A DNA stretch of 57,032 nucleotides, filler included, from Platydemus manokwari (lineage: Eukaryota): NCBI GenBank assembly GCA_037951405.1. It is 5 parts of 5 records of this genome, joined end to end, with 100 filler letters (N's around TTAATTAATTAA, not from the genome) between each part and the next. Parts side by side here need not be neighbours in the genome. Positions count along the whole stretch, not along the records: positions 44,420 to 57,032 come from JBBMOY010050013.1; 4 more parts are not named here. The stretch is one strand, 5' to 3'. The position numbers and the translations under genes were made by a program. Of this stretch, positions 51,785 to 57,032 are shown piece after piece. Each line of letters starts with the position of its first letter. Positions within the stretch are counted from its first letter, which is position 1. The notes below the pieces were generated by a model. It was not told the origin of the DNA and made no database searches. It was given only the letters and a program-made list of their open reading frames with translations.

Positions 51785-54700
51785 CTTTGTGATTTGAGCC
51801 GAATGACCAAGATATTCCTGCCACTCACCGGGTTTAGTAAGTGGAAACTTGAATGATCGAACTGACCCATTATTGGTTCCACAGAATAACATTCGACCAG
51901 AATTAGACAATGTTACTGTCGTCAATTGCACATCAGGACTATCGACTTCTCTGAGAACTTGGGAGTCGGATATTTCCTTCAACGTTTTATCAGTTCCGAC
52001 AGCATAGGTGCTTTTACCATCTTGAGTGACACTGATTCCCGTGTAGCTGCATGCTTTGAGCACACTCTCACCGCATCTCTTGCCTGGAATAATTTATGTA
52101 TTAATCCACGTCATGGATAAACCGAATATACCTGTATTTGTGTCCCATTCGTAAACGGCCCCATCCATTCCACAAGATATGAGTTTCTTATCATCAGTTG
52201 TCCATACGACATTTCGAATTTTCCCATTATGACCCTTCAAACTCATGACAACCTCGAAACTCGTCGTTGAATAAATCTGGATTAGATTGCTGTGCACTGC
52301 TGCGAAATAGTGACCACCGTAGCTGAACGCGCACTGAAATGAAAAATCAATAAATGGGTTTTTTTATCGATCATGTTATCAAACCTCTTTACAACCGCGA
52401 ATTGAGAACTCCTTAAAAGTGCGAATATCATCAATCAAGATGTTCATCAAACGGAGTTTATCACTGAATCCCACGAGAATGTAAAGACCCGATGGGTGCA
52501 AAGCGATGCTGTAAGCTTCTTCAGCAAATTCTTTATATAACTCCAATTGGCTGAAAAGTAATTTTTTATTACGATAAATTCTTCATTCACTCACTTAGTC
52601 TCATAGTTCCAAATACGAACCGATCTATCCACAGCACAAGTCGCAATAATTGGTTTCCTTCTACAGAGATCAAGCCCAAGTATTTGAGAATAATGAAACG
52701 AATAAGATAACAGATCGAAATTCGAATGATCGCCAATTTTAGCTAATTCTGGAGAGGAAATTGTGAAGGAAAAAAGTTGATGGATATCAGTACACGCTAC
52801 AATCGTTTCTTCAGACGGACTGATGCACATATCTGTAATTATTTGTGCTTGCGATTTAGCTGGATCAGCACTGTTGGAGTCGATGGGAATGTGTATCTCT
52901 CGAATTTTACGATAATATTCCTTTTCATCAGTCTTCTCAAACCAATGAACTTTACCAAGTCCACAGGCCGCAGCAAAACCTTTATTACTCGAGACAATCG
53001 TGGTAATTTGCGTGTTGAGAGTGGTATTGTGACTACCTTCAGGTCTGAATGAAATATTTCAGTAGGTAATATTATTGGATTGGATATCACTACAAAAATA
53101 ATATTCTTCAGCATAGACTCACTTTGGTTGATCTTCAAAAGTAAGAGTAGCACCAAGGTTGTGCTCGACTTTGATCTCTCCATTTTCTACGAGAATCCAT
53201 TTGCCGGTATCTGTTCCAAGAATGATTCGTTCATCCGATACCCAAGTGTGACACAAGAAATTCTGTGATTCCACTTTTAATATGCCGAAATTTTTTAAAT
53301 TGTTTTCCGAATAGCGAAACATTTTGAAAAAGTTGTTGCCAATTGCACAGATTTGCGTGCTATCTTGTGGATTGAATGAAATCTAGATGATCATGACGAT
53401 TAAAAATAATTCAGGTACTAATTAGCTGTACTTTAACATATGTACTTTTGTTGTACTTTTGAATATATCAAGTTAAAGAATTTTCAATACAATAAGTTGT
53501 CATTTATTCTTCTCATAAACCATGGTAATTTTTAGTAAACAAAATTATTTCGATCGGAGGAATTGGTATATTGTAAATAATATTATAAAATCATGAATAG
53601 CAATATGAAAAACATTGGAATAAATTTATTAATCGAGTAAAAAATTAAAGACAGAAAGATTTCACTAACATCTATGTTTTGTCGAGCGAAATAATTTATA
53701 CATTAGAATCATCTTAACACGATTTCTGAGCCAGAGTGGCTATCAAACTGAACCAATGCGCGCGTGCACACACACACACACATATATATCTTTTTTTTAA
53801 TACATCCATTACATTTTATGTGATCTCTCTATTAGTTTTTTTCATCTCAATTTGTCGTGTTGGGATTTTACACTGCTACATTTTTGTAAAGATATTTTAA
53901 AATATTATTGTTTTAACTATTATTTATCATTACTTGATTATTAAGAACAAATTGTCGTCATATCAACAAAGAAACAATTAATGGACAATGATAAAAACCA
54001 AATATTATACAGAGAGATATTTCCAAATAGTTTATCAGCATTAGCAAACATCACTAATATTCCAATTATATCAATCAATGTTAGCTAGAACTGAATATTA
54101 TTAAGAGAAAAATGATCCTTGTTAGTGATATCAAGGAAAATTTTATAAACTAACATAGAACATAAAAGTATTATATTTAATGATTACAGAAAATATATTC
54201 AATACCGCACTATTGTTTACAATCATAATAATATCATACAACTATAATTGAGAGTTACTAGAAATTGTCGTTTGGAATACTAACAAATTATACACCTAAT
54301 GAACGTGCAATCATCATTGATTAATATAGTAAAAATATCATTCACGATACTATAAAAATCATTCACAATACCGCAAATATTTTTCATAGTACCATGTATA
54401 TCATTAATAATACCAAAAATATAATTAACAATGCCAAAAAGTTATTCAAAATAATATAAATATCATTCCCAATACTATAAATATCATTAACAATACCATA
54501 AATATCATTCATAATAATATAAATATCAAGCAAAATACCATAAATAAAGATCATTCATAAGACTATAAATATAATTTACAATCCCATGAATATCATTAGC
54601 ACAACCACAGATATCATTCAAAATACTTTAAATATCATTCGCAATACCACAAATTTTATTCACAATGATATAAATATCATTCGCAATAATATAAATATCA

Positions 54701-56069
54701 TCATAATACTATAAATATAATTTACACTGTCATGAATATCATTCACAATACCACAGATATCATTCATAATAATATAAATATCATTAACAATACCAAAAAT
54801 ATCATTCACAATAATATAAATATCATTCACAATGCCATGGATATTGTGAGGTTTATTCAAAAATACCAGAAATAATTAAAATTTACGTATGATCAAAATT
54901 AGTAAAAATTGAGTCAAAAGATATTTTAAAAAATTATGTTAAAAATAAATCAACGATATTAATATTTATAAAAGGATCTTGCTAAACAATACTGTTAAAC
55001 TCTCAGTATTAAAATTATTAAAATAAAATTTTAATTTTTGTTAAAAAAAGATATGATATAAAAATGTGTTAATTTTATATTTTGATCAAAAATCAAGATA
55101 AATCTGATGGAACAAATTTTAAAATTTGTTTAAAATGTGATGTCATAAATCATATATTTGTTCTGTTATAAAAAACATGACTACTGATTTAAATTTCGAG
55201 AATGAAGAAATTTTGGCAACAAACAAATATCTTTGACAACTGCGCATTTATCAATCATGATATATTAAATGAGCAATTATGATTCATCACTTGATCGATA
55301 ACTAATACGAGAACAATATTGAATGAAATCAATAAATTATTATATATTAAAATTATCGAGAATTTTGGAAATATTTAAATTCTATTCTATGAATATTTAT
55401 ATCGTAGATCTTATTTGTTATCATTTAATATCGACGATCTAGTTAACGATAAACCATTGGTTCAGATATTCGATATCAAGCGCGGAAATGATAAATCAAT
55501 ATAAAATGTTCAACAGGTTGTCATTTCATTTTTAATCAAAGATTATTTCAGAAATAACTATATAAATAATTGATTTTTTATTATTGCCTTACTTGGTTGA
55601 CAGAAAAAGTCGATGCTGGAGATGTTAATTTGGTCGATGCCAACTGTTTGCTCTTTTCCCAAGCCCAATAAATGAGAATCCAGTCCGGATTTGATGTTTG
55701 TCCAGCTAAATATTTGGAATCCGGTGAGAAAGCAATGCAACAAAACTCATTTGACTGAACTTCAGGTGCTGAAAGAGTTTTCTTTTTTCTCATGGAATTT
55801 AAATCATAAATGACAATCACGGGTTTATCTTCTGCTGTCGTTTCGGCAAGAGCAACATATCTTCGATTTGGACTAATTGCCATTGCTGTCATTTTACGAG
55901 ACTTCTCCAGACCCGAAATAAACTTTTGGGATCTTTGGTCAATATTATACATAACCAAATTGGAACCACAGGGATAAACCAATGTTTGTTCATTTTGATA
56001 TGCAATGGCCCCGTTTACACCAACTCTAAAGCCAAAAACGTGTTTCAAATGTGCAGCAGCTATAGACAT
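51785..56069 (-). CDS. CFAP57: Cilia- and flagella-associated protein 57 (WDR65), first six exons only (approx. 56069-55593, 53382-53123, 53044-52595, 52551-52385, 52333-52132, 52084-51785)
   Basis: [44 protein letters not shown]; ISFNPQD; [24 protein letters not shown]; [27 protein letters not shown]; LKGHNGKIR; [11 protein letters not shown]. The last exon ends in a GT donor. Confidence 0.93.
54330..54845. repeat. 21-bp minisatellite (atatcattcacaataccataa-like), about two dozen degenerate copies, in CFAP57 intron 1
   Basis: atatcatt recurs with ~21-nt period. Confidence 0.9.
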
Positions 56070-56251
56070 TTATCGTGCTAAAATATTTTCAAGTTGCATA
56101 TGTTTAAAAAGTAGAAAATAATTTGTAATGAAATTATCAAAAATTAAATTTCTAATTAATTGTTGCTAAGATTCTTAAGAGTTAAACAAATAATTTGCAT
56201 TGCATTTTAGAATTCATTTATAGAAATCAACGAAGAAAGATAAACCGTAAT

Positions 56252-56638
56252 TTATTTAATATTAAGAATTTCATAATGTAAATTTTGTAATCTTTCTGAC
56301 ATAAAAAAGCACATTACACTTTTGTTTCTTAATTTTAAACACTCAATTCTTGAACGTAAACTCTTAATTAACTGTTTGATCTCATTTTCCAGTGATTCTT
56401 TCGAGCGTCGATTTGAATAATTTGATGAGGTTGAGATAAATGATTTTTTAGAAAATTTTTCTGAAAATCCACTATCTGTCATATGTGTTTGAACTTCATT
56501 AGAATACCACTCATCAGTTTGTGTGGCAATTGACCTAGTATGTTTTTCTAAGCTCTCCGAATCAAGGTTAAGCTCTGAATTCATTTTCCAAATACTTTTT
56601 CTAGTTTTAAGTGGTCTCTCAATAGGTAGAATCGTCAT
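56252..56638 (-). CDS. Probable terminal exon of an unknown gene (TQT motif plus short coiled coil)
   Basis: 128-codon open frame preceded by an acceptor-like ttatctag|. Contains RSIATQTD and LENEIKQLIKSLRSRIECLK. Confidence 0.55.
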   Translation of the reverse strand: MTILPIERPLKTRKSIWKMNSELNLDSESLEKHTRSIATQTDEWYSNEVQTHMTDSGFSEKFSKKSFISTSSNYSNRRSKESLENEIKQLIKSLRSRIECLKLRNKSVMCFFMSERLQNLHYEILNIK

Positions 56639-57032
56639 CTAGATAATATATAATTTCAAATATATAATTTCTTTAAATTTTAAACTAAAATTATACTAGA
56701 AACTCTGAATAAAAACTATAAACTAGTTTCCATGCATTAAGTTATACGATGAAAAATTTTAATTGTTAAGGTTACTTTGACGAAAAACAAAAAATACTAA
56801 GAAGTAACATTATTTTAAAAATTCAATACAGAAAAATCTTACCAATTCAATAGATAAATGGAAATAAAATAGTAATGATTTCAAATCAACGGAAGCAATT
56901 ATAAGATTGTTGCCCTACTTTATCCTACACAAATTGATTGTTTACAATTTAAATTAATTGACTATGTGAAACATTTATATATATATTTTTAACATTGACT
57001 GAACTAAAAACAAAGTAAAAAAAATTATGAAA

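Noticed and set aside
47249-53268. Plus-strand ORFs at 47249, 51926, 52777 and 53080 (also 3308 and 40831)
   Set aside because: Antisense shadows of real minus-strand exons.
54660-54860. ORF with a heptad repeat (IVNDIY)n
   Set aside because: By-product of a 21-bp intronic minisatellite.

Overview
AT-rich animal genomic DNA with spliceosomal genes and many short (~50-70 nt) GT-AG introns. A planarian/flatworm-like source is my inference only. The window is five contigs joined by artificial 100-nt linkers (44N+TTAATTAATTAA+44N). Host genes, all on the minus strand: 5' exons of nicastrin, the last exon of a two-pore (K2P/TWK) potassium channel, a tandem pair of CRAL-TRIO genes (one intact, one pseudogene), ArfGAP2/3, the 5' half of CFAP57/WDR65, and the terminal exon of an unknown gene. 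Much of the rest is decayed mobile DNA: a short-LTR Ty3/Gypsy family (3 fragments), an R2-group/NeSL-Utopia-like non-LTR element, Polinton/Maverick remnants, a hAT-Charlie remnant, and mini- and microsatellites. The most unusual signal is two independent decayed copies (15.1-17.5 kb and 38.3-40.1 kb) of a Ty3/Gypsy-type retroelement carrying a chuvirus-like (class III fusogen-like) glycoprotein. That glycoprotein appears to sit in frame inside the polyprotein, upstream of protease and RT rather than in the usual 3' env position. All family assignments come from reading motifs by eye; no searches were run.
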